Source of the DNA: Candidatus Limnocylindrales bacterium
GTDB taxonomy: Bacteria; Chloroflexota; Limnocylindria; Limnocylindrales; CSP1-4
NCBI GenBank assembly: GCA_035717785.1
Contig: DASTIG010000259.1
Location: 11,316-75,315, forward strand
Direction: 5' to 3'
Length of the DNA stretch: 64,000 nucleotides
The notes under the pieces were generated by a model. The model searched no databases, had not been told where the DNA came from, and saw only the letters and a program-made list of their open reading frames with translations. The translations under genes were made by a program, and so were the position numbers. Shown piece after piece: positions 25,990-35,837 of this stretch; the first letter of the stretch is position 1, and each line of letters begins with the position of its first letter.

Positions 25990-28923
25990 ATGAATACCCA
26001 CCTGCCCCCGCGCCCGATCGACGCGACACTCTCTGTCACCAAGGCCGCGCGGCTCCTCGGCGTGCATCCGAACACGGTCCGCGCCTGGAGCGACGCGGGT
26101 CGTCTTCGGTTCTACCGCATCAACCCGCGGGGCGATCGGCGCTACCGGCTCGGTGACCTCCAGCGGTTCCTCGCGAGCGCCGAGCAGGGCGCAGCGGACT
26201 CGGCCCGGCATGCGGTTGGAGCGCCCCGCCGCCAGCCGGACGGGCATCGCCAGCCACCAGCCCGGGTCGATCTGGCGCCGCTCCTCGATCCGACCGACGC
26301 GGAACGCCACCGCCGAGACCTGGCGCTCCTCGACGCGATCGCTCGTGAGCCGTTCGGCCAGACGACGCTCGAGGAAGATCTGGACAGGGTCGCGGACCAC
26401 GTTCGCGACGCCGGCGACCGGGCGATGGTCGTGATCTGGCAGCGCCACGACGATCGACTGATGCCGGCCGCGGTGGCGGTACCGCCAGGGGTCGCCCCTC
26501 CGCGTCTGCTCGACGTCCCGAGGTCGTTCGGCGTCCTGGGACGGGCACTCGACGCCGCGACGCGGCGGAGTGCCCGCGCGATCGACGATGCCCCTGGTGT
26601 GCTCGCCGTGGAGGCCGGCGAGGGCGAGCGGGTCACCGCGACCGTGCTGCCCGGCGATCGCGAGGAGCTCGCCGCCGCGATCCCCGGACGCGACGGACCG
26701 TGGGGCGTGCTGTTGGTCGTCGCCGCGCCAGGGGACGGCTTCGAACCTCTCGATCACGACCTCGCGACGGTCCTCGCCGACGCGATCGGCGCCATCGTCG
26801 GCGTCGTCCGCCGGGAGGAGGAGGTCGCCCACCTGCTCCATCGGGCGGAGGCGCTGCGTCGGGTGGCCGGCGACATCGGCAGCGGGGTCGATCTCGACCG
26901 TATCCTCGCCGGCCTCGTCGACCACGCGATGGTGCTGTTCGAGGGTGACCGGGGCGCGGTGTTCCTGCGCCAGCCCGACGGCAAGGTCGTGGCCGAGGTC
27001 AGCCGCGGCGTGTCAGCGGCGTACACCGCCGCGGTCCGCGACTTCCCGGAGCGGTGCCTGCCGAACTATGCGATCGCCGCCCGCCGACCGCTGTTCTCGA
27101 CCAACTACCGTGACGACCCGCGGGGCGCCGATGTCCGTGCGGCGGTCGTCCAGGAGGGTTTCGACACGATGTGCACGGCGCCGTTGCTCGACGGCGACCA
27201 CGTGCTCGGCCTTCTCAACGTCTACCACGACGAACCGCACGAGTGGAGCGCGGACGAGCTCGAGACGATCACGGCCCTCGGCACGCAGGCCAGCGTGGCC
27301 ATCCGCACTGCCCAGAACTTCGAGCAGATGGCGACCTGGACGGCCCAGCTGCAGTCGATCCAACAGCTTGGGGCGCGACTCAATCACCTCTCGAACGTCC
27401 GCGATATCGGCCTGGCGATCGGCACCGAGCTGCGTCAGCTGATCGACTATCACAACGTCCGCGTCTACCGGCGGATGGGCGACGAGCTGGTCCCTGTCGC
27501 ACTCCGCGGGCAGGTCGGCGAGTACGTCGACGAGACGCCGGACCAGTTGAAGGTCGCGATGGGCGAGGGCATCACGGGCTGGGTCGCCGAGCACCGCATC
27601 GCCCAGTACCTTCCCGACGCGAGCACCGACCCGCGCGCCAACACCATCCCCGGCACCGAGGACGACCTCGAGGAATCGATGCTGCTCGCGCCGATGCTGT
27701 TCGAGGACGAAGTCCTCGGCGTGCTGGTCCTCTCGAAGCTCGGCCTCCACCAGTTCAGCGACGACGACCTGCGCCTGCTCGTGATCTACGCGAGCTTCGC
27801 GGCGCAGGCGATGGCCAACGCCGATGCCACGGGACGGCTGCGCGAGCAGTCGGCAGCGCTCGAGCAGCAGCTCCGCAGCCAGCGGGCGCTCCTGCAGATC
27901 ACCGAGTCGATCCTCACGACGCTCGATGGACGCGCCGTGCTCGAGGGCATCACCGAACGGCTGGGCGGGCTCATCGCCTGCGACAACGTCGCGATCGAGG
28001 TGCTCGATCCGGCCACCGGCCTCCTGACGCCGTTGACAGCGCGTGGCGTCCACGCGGCCGCGTACATGGAGCCGTGGGAACCGGGTGAGTCCGGCGTCGC
28101 GACATGGGTCGTCGAGCACAACGAACCCGTCTACATCGAGGACGAGCGCCGCGACCCGCGCGTCAATCATTTCCGCGTGCTCGACGGGATCGACGACTCG
28201 TCCGCTGATGGCAGCCTCATCGTCGTGCCGCTGCGCGGCCGATCCGGCGCGACCGGGGTCCTGACGATGGAGCGCCTCGGCGTCGGGAACACGTTTGCGC
28301 CCGAGGAGTTCGACCTCGTGAAGTTGTTCGCGGCGCAGGTGTCGATCGCCCTGCAGAACGCGGAGGTGTACCGCGCCGTCGAGATCCGCGCCCAAACGGA
28401 CGGCCTGACCGGCCTTCTCAACCACACCACGTTCGAGGACCACTTGGGTCGCGCGGTCCGCGACGGCGCGCCCTTCGGGCTCATCATGCTCGACCTCGAC
28501 GACTTCCGGCAGGTCAACAACCGGATGGGCCACCTGGCCGGGGACGAGGAGCTGCGGCGCATCGCCAAGGCCTTGACGCGATCAGGCCGTGACTCCGACC
28601 TGGTGTTCCGCTACGGCGGCGACGAGTTCGCGTTCCTGCTGCCGCATACCGACGCGACCGGCACGCGACAGGTCGCCGAACGGGCAGGCGCAGCCGTGCG
28701 CGGTCTGGGCGGTCCGGTCACCGCCTCGATCGGAGTCGCGACGTTCCCCACGGACGGGGCATCCGCGGCCGATGTCCTGCTTGCCGCGGACCGGGCGTGC
28801 TTCGTCGCCAAGCGCGGTGGCCGCGATCGCGTCGCGACCGCCGCCGAGGGCCTGGCCCTCGCCGCCGAGTTCCGGCCGCAAGCGCCGACGCCGGTCGATT
28901 CCGAGGTGGAAGCAGCCAGCTAG
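25990..28923 (+). CDS. Excisionase/MerR-type HTH + multi-GAF + GGDEF diguanylate cyclase
   Basis: N-terminal LSVTKAARLLGVHPNTVRAWSDAGRLRFYRINPRGDRRYRLGDLQRFL (excisionase-family HTH). At least three GAF-like blocks. C-terminal GGDEF with RYGGDEF and an upstream GLLNHTTFEDHL block. Confidence 0.8.
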   Translation: MNTHLPPRPIDATLSVTKAARLLGVHPNTVRAWSDAGRLRFYRINPRGDRRYRLGDLQRFLASAEQGAADSARHAVGAPRRQPDGHRQPPARVDLAPLLDPTDAERHRRDLALLDAIAREPFGQTTLEEDLDRVADHVRDAGDRAMVVIWQRHDDRLMPAAVAVPPGVAPPRLLDVPRSFGVLGRALDAATRRSARAIDDAPGVLAVEAGEGERVTATVLPGDREELAAAIPGRDGPWGVLLVVAAPGDGFEPLDHDLATVLADAIGAIVGVVRREEEVAHLLHRAEALRRVAGDIGSGVDLDRILAGLVDHAMVLFEGDRGAVFLRQPDGKVVAEVSRGVSAAYTAAVRDFPERCLPNYAIAARRPLFSTNYRDDPRGADVRAAVVQEGFDTMCTAPLLDGDHVLGLLNVYHDEPHEWSADELETITALGTQASVAIRTAQNFEQMATWTAQLQSIQQLGARLNHLSNVRDIGLAIGTELRQLIDYHNVRVYRRMGDELVPVALRGQVGEYVDETPDQLKVAMGEGITGWVAEHRIAQYLPDASTDPRANTIPGTEDDLEESMLLAPMLFEDEVLGVLVLSKLGLHQFSDDDLRLLVIYASFAAQAMANADATGRLREQSAALEQQLRSQRALLQITESILTTLDGRAVLEGITERLGGLIACDNVAIEVLDPATGLLTPLTARGVHAAAYMEPWEPGESGVATWVVEHNEPVYIEDERRDPRVNHFRVLDGIDDSSADGSLIVVPLRGRSGATGVLTMERLGVGNTFAPEEFDLVKLFAAQVSIALQNAEVYRAVEIRAQTDGLTGLLNHTTFEDHLGRAVRDGAPFGLIMLDLDDFRQVNNRMGHLAGDEELRRIAKALTRSGRDSDLVFRYGGDEFAFLLPHTDATGTRQVAERAGAAVRGLGGPVTASIGVATFPTDGASAADVLLAADRACFVAKRGGRDRVATAAEGLALAAEFRPQAPTPVDSEVEAAS

Positions 28924-28981
28924 CGTCGTCCCCCGCCCCCCCACACGACGCCCCTGGCGGCGATCGGCAGGACGAGCCAGG

Positions 28982-29434
28982 ATGTCCCCGATGGGCGACC
29001 TCCGACGCCTGGCCGCCGCCGCGTTCGTCGCAGGATCGGTCGCGGTGTTCGCGGCCGGCTGCATCCCGCAGAGCGGGCGAGTCGGGTCGCCGACCGGCGC
29101 GCCGGGCACCTCGGCGTCGGTCGCCACGCCACTGCCCTCCCCCTCCGGTCCGTCTGAGCGGCCGTCGTTCGTCCGTCCGACGCCGACGCCGCTGCCGACC
29201 TTCCTCGTCTACACCGTGAGGCCGGGCGACACATTGACCTCGATCGCCCGGCTGTTCCGCACGACCGCGCGCAGCATCGCGTTCTGGAACCGCGCGAACC
29301 ATCCGTCGCTCGACCCGGACTCCCCGACCTACGCGCCGGATCGCATCCAGGCCGGCTGGAACCTGTACCTGGTCCCCGATGTCGAGCTCGATCCCGAGGA
29401 CCTGCCGGAGGAGCCCTCTGAAGCCCCGTCCTGA
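28982..29434 (+). CDS. LysM-domain lipoprotein
   Basis: Signal peptide with lipobox (AAFVAGSVAVFAAGC) and LysM (YTVRPGDTLTSIARLF). Only the terminal 150 aa of track ORF 28589..29434 are used. Confidence 0.65.
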   Translation: MSPMGDLRRLAAAAFVAGSVAVFAAGCIPQSGRVGSPTGAPGTSASVATPLPSPSGPSERPSFVRPTPTPLPTFLVYTVRPGDTLTSIARLFRTTARSIAFWNRANHPSLDPDSPTYAPDRIQAGWNLYLVPDVELDPEDLPEEPSEAPS

Positions 29435-29437
29435 GGG

Positions 29438-30202
29438 TCAGAGCCGCCCGGCGTCGATGATCCGCTGCAGGAACTGGCGCGTCCTGGGCTCGCGCGGGTC
29501 GCTGAACACCTGGTCCGGCGGACCGGACTCGCAGATCACGCCCTGGTCGAGGAAGCAGACGCGATCGGCGATCTCGCGCGCGAAACCCATCTCGTGGGTC
29601 GCGATCAACATCGTCATGCCGCCGGCGGCCAGTTCGCGGATCACGCCGAGCACCTCGGCGACGAGCTCGGGATCCAGGGCGCTCGTCACCTCGTCGAGGA
29701 GGAGCAGATCTGGCTGCATCGCCAACGCGCGGATGATGGCGACGCGTTGCTGCTGCCCGCCGGACAGCCGATCCGGATAGTCGAGGCGCTTGTCGGCCAG
29801 CCCGAACCGGTCCAGCAGCCGGGTCGCGGCCGCCTCGGCCTCGGCGCGCGGCGTCCGCAGCACCTTCCGCGGGGCGAGCGCGATGTTGTCGAGCACCGAC
29901 ATGTGCGGGAACAGGTTGTAGGCCTGGAACACGATGCCGATGCGCCGACGGATCCGATCGACGTCGACGTCGAGCGCGGTGATCTCCTCGCCCTCGATGA
30001 CGATCCGCCCAGCGTCGATCGGCTCGATCAGGTTGATGCACCGCAGCAACGTCGATTTCCCGGAGCCCGACGCGCCGATGAGGCACACGACCTCGTGCTC
30101 CGCGACATCTAGGTCGATGCCGCGCAGGACGAGGAGCGACCCGAACGACTTCTCGAGGCCCTCGATCTGGAGGGCCGGGATGGGCGCGGGCGACGAGGTC
30201 AT
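29438..30202 (-). CDS. Amino-acid ABC transporter ATP-binding protein
   Basis: Walker A GASGSGKST, signature LSGGQQQRV, Walker B LLLLDEVTSALD. ATGA overlap with the permease stop. Confidence 0.85.
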   Translation of the reverse strand: MTSSPAPIPALQIEGLEKSFGSLLVLRGIDLDVAEHEVVCLIGASGSGKSTLLRCINLIEPIDAGRIVIEGEEITALDVDVDRIRRRIGIVFQAYNLFPHMSVLDNIALAPRKVLRTPRAEAEAAATRLLDRFGLADKRLDYPDRLSGGQQQRVAIIRALAMQPDLLLLDEVTSALDPELVAEVLGVIRELAAGGMTMLIATHEMGFAREIADRVCFLDQGVICESGPPDQVFSDPREPRTRQFLQRIIDAGRL

Positions 30203-31029
30203 CGTCGACCTCCGGCGGCCTGCCGTCGATCGCGCGCGATCAGGACGTCGGTAAAGCGGGCGAGCGGGATCGTCACGACGACGAACACGAGCGCGACTGC
30301 CATGTACGGCGTGAAGTTGAACGCGGCTGCCTGCTTGATCTGCGCAGTCCGGAAGATCTCCACCACCCCGATGGACGACACGAGGACCGTGTCCTTCTGC
30401 AGCCCGATGAAGTCGTTGAGCAACGGCGGAACGACGCGCCGCACGGCCTGCGGCACGACGACGTGGCGGAGACTCTGCCAGCGGCTCAGCCCGAGCGAGC
30501 GCGCCGCGGCATCCTGGCTTGGGTGGACCGACTCGATGCCGGCCCGGTACACCTCGGAGACATACGCCGAGTAGACCAGCGTCAGTGCCAGGATCCCGTA
30601 CAGGATCGGGGGCGTCTTGGGGTCGACGAGACCCAACCCCGGGATCCCGAACCCGAGGACGAAGATCACGAGCAGCCCCGGGAGGGCGCGGAAGATGTCC
30701 GCGTACAACGTCGCGACGAGGCGGACCGGGAAGAAAACCGGCCCCGGCACGCTGCGCAGGATCGCGATGACGAGGCCGAAGATCAGGACCAGGATCTCCG
30801 CCGCGACGAACAGCTGGATGTTGACGAAGAAGGCCGCCACGATTCCGGGCAACGCCGCGGCGAAGACCTGGCCATCGAGGAACGAGCTCTGGACGGCCGG
30901 CCAGCCCGGGGCGTTGACGACGATCCAGGCCAGGACACCGAAGACGACGACGGTGCTGGCCAGCGCGAGGAGCGATGCACGCAACGCCCGCCGTCGATCT
31001 CGGCGACGGCGGGCGTCGGTGACGTTCAT
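30199..31029 (-). CDS. Amino-acid ABC transporter permease (HisM/GlnP family)
   Basis: Polytopic protein with an EAA-like loop (AARSLGLSRWQSLRHVVVPQA). Confidence 0.8.
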   Translation of the reverse strand: MNVTDARRRRDRRRALRASLLALASTVVVFGVLAWIVVNAPGWPAVQSSFLDGQVFAAALPGIVAAFFVNIQLFVAAEILVLIFGLVIAILRSVPGPVFFPVRLVATLYADIFRALPGLLVIFVLGFGIPGLGLVDPKTPPILYGILALTLVYSAYVSEVYRAGIESVHPSQDAAARSLGLSRWQSLRHVVVPQAVRRVVPPLLNDFIGLQKDTVLVSSIGVVEIFRTAQIKQAAAFNFTPYMAVALVFVVVTIPLARFTDVLIARDRRQAAGGRR

Positions 31030-31050
31030 GCGCGGGCGACCCCGCGTGGC

Positions 31051-31992
31051 CTACGGGCCGAAGACCGGGACGGCGTCCTGGAAGGGCAGGAACTGGCTGG
31101 CCAGCGCTTCGAGCGTGCCCTCGTTGATCAGCACGTCGATGGCGGCCTCGACACATGGCGTGAGCGAGCTGTCCTTGGCCAGCACGGCGCTGAAATGCTC
31201 GGGTGTGCCGCCCTTGAACTGACCCACGATCGTCGAGCCATCGAGCTGTACGTTGGTGATGTAGTCGGCCGTCGGCAGGTCGACGACGACCCCGTCGATG
31301 GTTCCCTGGCCGAGGGCCTGGATGGCTGCGTCGTTCGTGTCGTAGACCTGCGCAGCCTTGGTCGGCTGGATGATCGTGTTGATCGCATCGAGGCTCGTCG
31401 TGCCGACCTGCGCGCCGAACGTGTAGTCCTTGAGTGACGAGGTCGAGCTCACCGCGGCGATCGGCGTGCCCTCCATGGCGACGAGCGACTGTCTGCCGAA
31501 GTAGTAGCCCTTCGTCAGGTCGACAGTCTGGCGGCGCTCGGGGGTGTCGGTCACCTGGTTGAGGTCGATGTCGAAGGTCTTCGGTCCCGGCGCGAAGGCG
31601 TTCGCGAACGGGACTACGACCCACGTGACCTCTTCACGGCTGAAGCCGAGCTGATCGGCGATGGCGTAGCCGACGGCGCTCTCGAAGCCGGTCGCGTTGG
31701 TCGGGTCGCCGAGCTCCCAGGGAGCGGTCTTGCTCCCGTCGGTGTTCTCGAGGAAGTACGGCGGGTACGCGGGATTGTCGGTGCCGATCGTGAACGTGCC
31801 GGCAGTCACCAGGGTGAGGCTGTCCTTGGCGCACGCTTCGGGCGTTGCCAGGGCCTCGCTGGGGGCGACCGACGGCCCGACCGACGGGGCGACCGACGGG
31901 GACGCGCTGATGGGGGCCGCACCAGGGCTCGTGCAGGCCGCGAGCAGGATCGCGAGCATGCCGGCGATGGCGACGCCTGTGGTCTTGCGCAT
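31051..31992 (-). CDS. Amino-acid ABC transporter substrate-binding lipoprotein (SBP family 3)
   Basis: Lipobox LLAAC; periplasmic binding-protein fold pattern. Confidence 0.75.
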   Translation of the reverse strand: MRKTTGVAIAGMLAILLAACTSPGAAPISASPSVAPSVGPSVAPSEALATPEACAKDSLTLVTAGTFTIGTDNPAYPPYFLENTDGSKTAPWELGDPTNATGFESAVGYAIADQLGFSREEVTWVVVPFANAFAPGPKTFDIDLNQVTDTPERRQTVDLTKGYYFGRQSLVAMEGTPIAAVSSTSSLKDYTFGAQVGTTSLDAINTIIQPTKAAQVYDTNDAAIQALGQGTIDGVVVDLPTADYITNVQLDGSTIVGQFKGGTPEHFSAVLAKDSSLTPCVEAAIDVLINEGTLEALASQFLPFQDAVPVFGP

Positions 31993-32756
31993 GGGTTGGA
32001 TCTCCGAGGGGGAACGGGGACGGGCGAGAGTGTACCCGCCGATGTCATACGTGTCAGGTAGGAGTTCGCCGCAGGCGATCCGCCGTTGCGTCGCCCGGAA
32101 CGCGCCGAAGCGGCGCCGGGAGGAGGTTCGGCGCCGCTTCGGCGTTGGTCGATCGCTCGGGCGGGAGGAGGGTCACACCCTCGCGATCGGGTGATATGCG
32201 GAGATCAGTGCGGTCGGGCGGTGCCTCCGTCGGACGGTCCGAACCGTCCGCTCTGGACCATCGCCTTGAGGAACAGAAGTTGGTTGACCTGGCGGATCGA
32301 CCATCGACCATCGCCGACGGGGATGCCGCACAGGAATGCGGTCAGCGTGGCCGCTTCGTCAGGCGCGAGGCCCCTGCTCACCAGGAGCCGGTAGGTCGAA
32401 CGCGTCTCCGGCTGGACCGTCTCGTCCCTGACCGGTGACGGGGCCGGGGAGGGTGTCGGCTTCGCTGCCGCGGACCCAGCTCCGACCGTGGACCCGGCCC
32501 CGAGCAAGCGCACCGACGAAGCGTGGCGAGGCGATCGCCCGCGTCCCCGTGAACCTCGCTGCGCCGGCCCGTCCATGTGTCACTGGCCCCTCGGATCCCC
32601 TCGATAGCCGCTTCCGGATGGTCCGGTGCGGTAGGGGCATGCTGGTCCCGGCTGGCACCGGTCGCGATGACCCATCGGTCCTACGCCGACCGGTACTTGC
32701 GGTGGCGGCCTCCCCGCCGGCCCGTCGAGGCGCGCGAGAGCCCTAGACTCGGCGCC

Positions 32757-33953
32757 ATGCGGGTACGACGCCTTGGTCTGCGGCTCATCGGGTTGGCCCT
32801 GGTCGGCGCCTGGGGGCTTGCCGCTGCCCTGGTGCTGCTGGCGTATCGCCCGGGTGGCCCGCTCGACCTGATCGTCGGCATCACGATGCTCCTGCCGCTG
32901 GGCATCGCGGCCCTCGGCGTCCGCTGGCCGCCTCTCGCGCGCCGGGAGGTGTCCCACGCGCTGATCGTGGCGCTCGGGCTCGGGACGCTGCTCGTCCTGC
33001 TGCCGTCCATCGGCGGCGTGCTCAACCAGCTGCAGGCATATGGCTCGCAGACCCTGATGCCATCGCCCGAGGCTGCATACCCGTGGCTTCTCGCACTCAT
33101 CGGGACCAGCCTCTTCACGGGCTTCGGCCAGGCCCGCCGGGTGATGGGCGGCATGGCCCGCCGTCGCCAGCGGTTGCGCCTCGGTCTGGCCATCGCCACC
33201 GCCCTGACGCTCGTCGCTGGCACGGCCTTCGGCGGCGCCGCGATCGCCAACGAGATAAGCCTGCGCGACACCGACCGGCCGAGCATCGGCTCGCGCTTCG
33301 GGCCGACCGACCTCGGCCCCGATGTCGAGCCGCCGTCCTGTGACGGCCCTGTCGTGGCGGGCTCGACCGCGCGCCTTGCGGCGCGGTTCGTGGGCTCGAT
33401 CGACGGACGGCAGAGCGGGACCGTCGATCTTGTCGGTCACCGGTCGGGCGCGGACTTCCGCTGGCTCGCGTACGTCGCCACCAACCGTGAGCTGGGCCAG
33501 TACGGCCAGGCGCGGCGCGGCGATGCCGGGTGGCTACGCACGCCCGCCGCCGGCTGGGTGCCCACCTTGCTGACGGTCGTCCAGGACTCGACGCTCGATC
33601 TGCGGACGGTCGGCGTGGCGCTCACCGACGGCGCCCGAGCCACCGCCGAGGACTACGGCATCGAGGTCATCGAGCGCGCGCCGGCACGGCGCTGCCGCGT
33701 GACCGTCGACGGGTCGATCTTCCGGGCGAATTTCCCCCCTGTCGCGTGGCTCGTCGGCGACCAGGATCTCGAGCGCTGGCGCGGCCAGCTCGATTACTGG
33801 ATCTTCCTCGACGGTGCGCTCGGCCAGGTCGCGGGGTCGGTCAACGGCGAAGCAAGCGGGATCGAGGAGGAAGCCATCCAGGGCAGGATCGAAGTGCTGC
33901 TGACCGCGACCGAGCGCGGCCGCGACGTCGTGATCGCGGCCCCGGTGCCATGA
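32757..33953 (+). CDS. Hypothetical membrane protein
   Basis: Start reset to MRVRRLGLRLIGLALVGAW. Several N-terminal TM helices and a large C-terminal soluble domain. The stop overlaps the WYL regulator start (ATGA). Confidence 0.5.
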   Translation: MRVRRLGLRLIGLALVGAWGLAAALVLLAYRPGGPLDLIVGITMLLPLGIAALGVRWPPLARREVSHALIVALGLGTLLVLLPSIGGVLNQLQAYGSQTLMPSPEAAYPWLLALIGTSLFTGFGQARRVMGGMARRRQRLRLGLAIATALTLVAGTAFGGAAIANEISLRDTDRPSIGSRFGPTDLGPDVEPPSCDGPVVAGSTARLAARFVGSIDGRQSGTVDLVGHRSGADFRWLAYVATNRELGQYGQARRGDAGWLRTPAAGWVPTLLTVVQDSTLDLRTVGVALTDGARATAEDYGIEVIERAPARRCRVTVDGSIFRANFPPVAWLVGDQDLERWRGQLDYWIFLDGALGQVAGSVNGEASGIEEEAIQGRIEVLLTATERGRDVVIAAPVP

Positions 33954-34960
33954 CGTTCGAGACGGACGAGCGGCCGTTCGGCAAACGCGACCGCCTGGCC
34001 CGGATGCTGCGCGTGGTCGCGGTGCTGCGCGGTCACCCCGAGGGGATCCGACCCGCCGAGATCGCCCGCCGCACCGGGGTCGCGACGCGGACCGTCTATC
34101 GCGACCTGCGCGCGCTCGAGACCGAGGTGGGCGTCGCTGTCTGGTCGGAGGACGGGCTGTGGGGTGTCGTCGGCGAGGAGTTCCTGCCGCCGCTCAAGCT
34201 GACCCTCGACGAGGCGATGGCCGTCGTGCTGTCGGCTCGCCTGATGGTCCGCTACGCCGACAAGTACGACCCGGACCTCGCTGCAGCATTCGAGAAGCTC
34301 GAGGAAGTGCTGCCGCGGCCGCTCGCGGAGCACGTCGAGCGGACCCTCGATGTCCTCGCCCAGCATCCGCGCGACGCGGCATTCAGCGAACACGTCCATC
34401 GGTTGACTCGGGCATGGGCGGAACGGCGGGTGGTGACGCTCGACTACGAACCGGCGCGCTACGGCCCCGATGCCGCCGCCCGGCGTGCGGTCGTCCGTCC
34501 CTATCTCATCGAGCCATCGCTCCAGACCCACGCTCTGTACCTGATCGGCTGGGACGAGACCCGCGATGCGCTGCGGACGTTCAAGATCGAACGGATCCGC
34601 GACGTGGCGCTCACCCCGCGGACATTCGACTTGCCGGAGGGCGACGGCGTCGAGGGCGCGCTCCGCCGGGCCTGGGACATCATCGCGGATCAGCCGCCGA
34701 CGGAGATCGTCCTGCGCTTCGCACCGTCCGTCGCGACGCGTGTCCAGGAGGCGACGTGGCATCCGACTCAGCGGGTCGAGGTTGCGGCTGACGGCTCGCT
34801 GACTTGGCGGGCGACGGTCGCCGGGACCATCGAGATCCGGCTCTGGATCCTGTCGTGGGGCGACGATGTGGAGGTGCTGGAGCCCGAGGCGCTGCGATTT
34901 GACGTTGCCTCGACGCACCGTCGTGCCGGTGAGCGATACGGCTCGGAGGACAAGCCCTAG
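33950..34960 (+). CDS. HTH-WYL-WCX transcriptional regulator (PafBC/BrxR-like)
   Basis: N-terminal HTH_11 (RLARMLRVVAVLRGHPEGIRPAEIARRTGVATRTVYRDLRALE), central WYL-type region (YLIGWDETRDALRTFKIERI), and C-terminal WCX-like region. Confidence 0.7.
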   Translation: MTFETDERPFGKRDRLARMLRVVAVLRGHPEGIRPAEIARRTGVATRTVYRDLRALETEVGVAVWSEDGLWGVVGEEFLPPLKLTLDEAMAVVLSARLMVRYADKYDPDLAAAFEKLEEVLPRPLAEHVERTLDVLAQHPRDAAFSEHVHRLTRAWAERRVVTLDYEPARYGPDAAARRAVVRPYLIEPSLQTHALYLIGWDETRDALRTFKIERIRDVALTPRTFDLPEGDGVEGALRRAWDIIADQPPTEIVLRFAPSVATRVQEATWHPTQRVEVAADGSLTWRATVAGTIEIRLWILSWGDDVEVLEPEALRFDVASTHRRAGERYGSEDKP

Positions 34961-35023
34961 ACGACTGGGGTAGGGTAGTCCGATCACGAACCAACGTGCC
35001 CCCCACACGTAAAGGACGTGCTC

Positions 35024-35827
35024 ATGCACCTCTCGCCCGCCCGGCGGCGGCTGGCTATCGCCATGCGCGCCGCCCTGATCGCCACGTTCGCGATCACCGT
35101 CTTCGCTCCGTCAGCGAGCGCGACATCCGCATCGACCGCGGAGTCCAGCATCATTGGCTGGATCAACAGTGCCCGATCCGCGCGCGGCCTCGTCCCGCTC
35201 AGATACGACGGCGATCTCGCCGCGATCTCGGGTCTCCGGGCCAGTCGGATGGCGTCAGCCAACGTGATGAGCCACACGATCGGCGGCAACCTCAGTTCAC
35301 AGCTGAACGCGTACGGCGTCGCCTGGTACCGCTACGGCGAGAACATCGGCTGGTCCACCGCAACGTGGCCGTCGACCTCCGGCCGAGCGATCTTTCTCGC
35401 CTGGATGAACAGCCCCTCGCATCGGGCGCTGATCCTGAGCGACCGTTTCAACTATGTCGGCGTCGGACTCGCCTATCGGTCGTCGAATCACAAGACCTTC
35501 GGGTCGGCGGTGTTCGCCGAGACAACCGACCACACACGAGCCGTCGGACGGGTGACGGGCGCCTCGCGGTCCGGCGACGACGTGCGCTGGACGTGGAGCG
35601 GCTACGACCCGCGGCTCCAGACCCACACGGCCGGGCTGGCTCATTTCGACGTCCAATATCGGATCAACTACGGGACGTGGGTGCTCCTGCGGAACAACAC
35701 CACGCAGACGTCCCTCAGCCTCGCCAACAGATCCCACGGCCGGTCCTACTCGCTCCGCGTGCGGGCCACCGATCGACGTGGCAATGTGGGTGCATGGAGC
35801 AGCGAGTCGCGTATCTGGGTCCCCTGA
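35024..35827 (+). CDS. Secreted CAP/SCP-domain protein with a C-terminal beta-sandwich extension
   Basis: Signal peptide; CAP-like GENIGW..SPSHRALIL..YVGVG. The ATG at 35024 has a better spaced AAGGA than the track GTG at 35018. Confidence 0.6.
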   Translation: MHLSPARRRLAIAMRAALIATFAITVFAPSASATSASTAESSIIGWINSARSARGLVPLRYDGDLAAISGLRASRMASANVMSHTIGGNLSSQLNAYGVAWYRYGENIGWSTATWPSTSGRAIFLAWMNSPSHRALILSDRFNYVGVGLAYRSSNHKTFGSAVFAETTDHTRAVGRVTGASRSGDDVRWTWSGYDPRLQTHTAGLAHFDVQYRINYGTWVLLRNNTTQTSLSLANRSHGRSYSLRVRATDRRGNVGAWSSESRIWVP

Positions 35828-35837
35828 CGACCCAACC

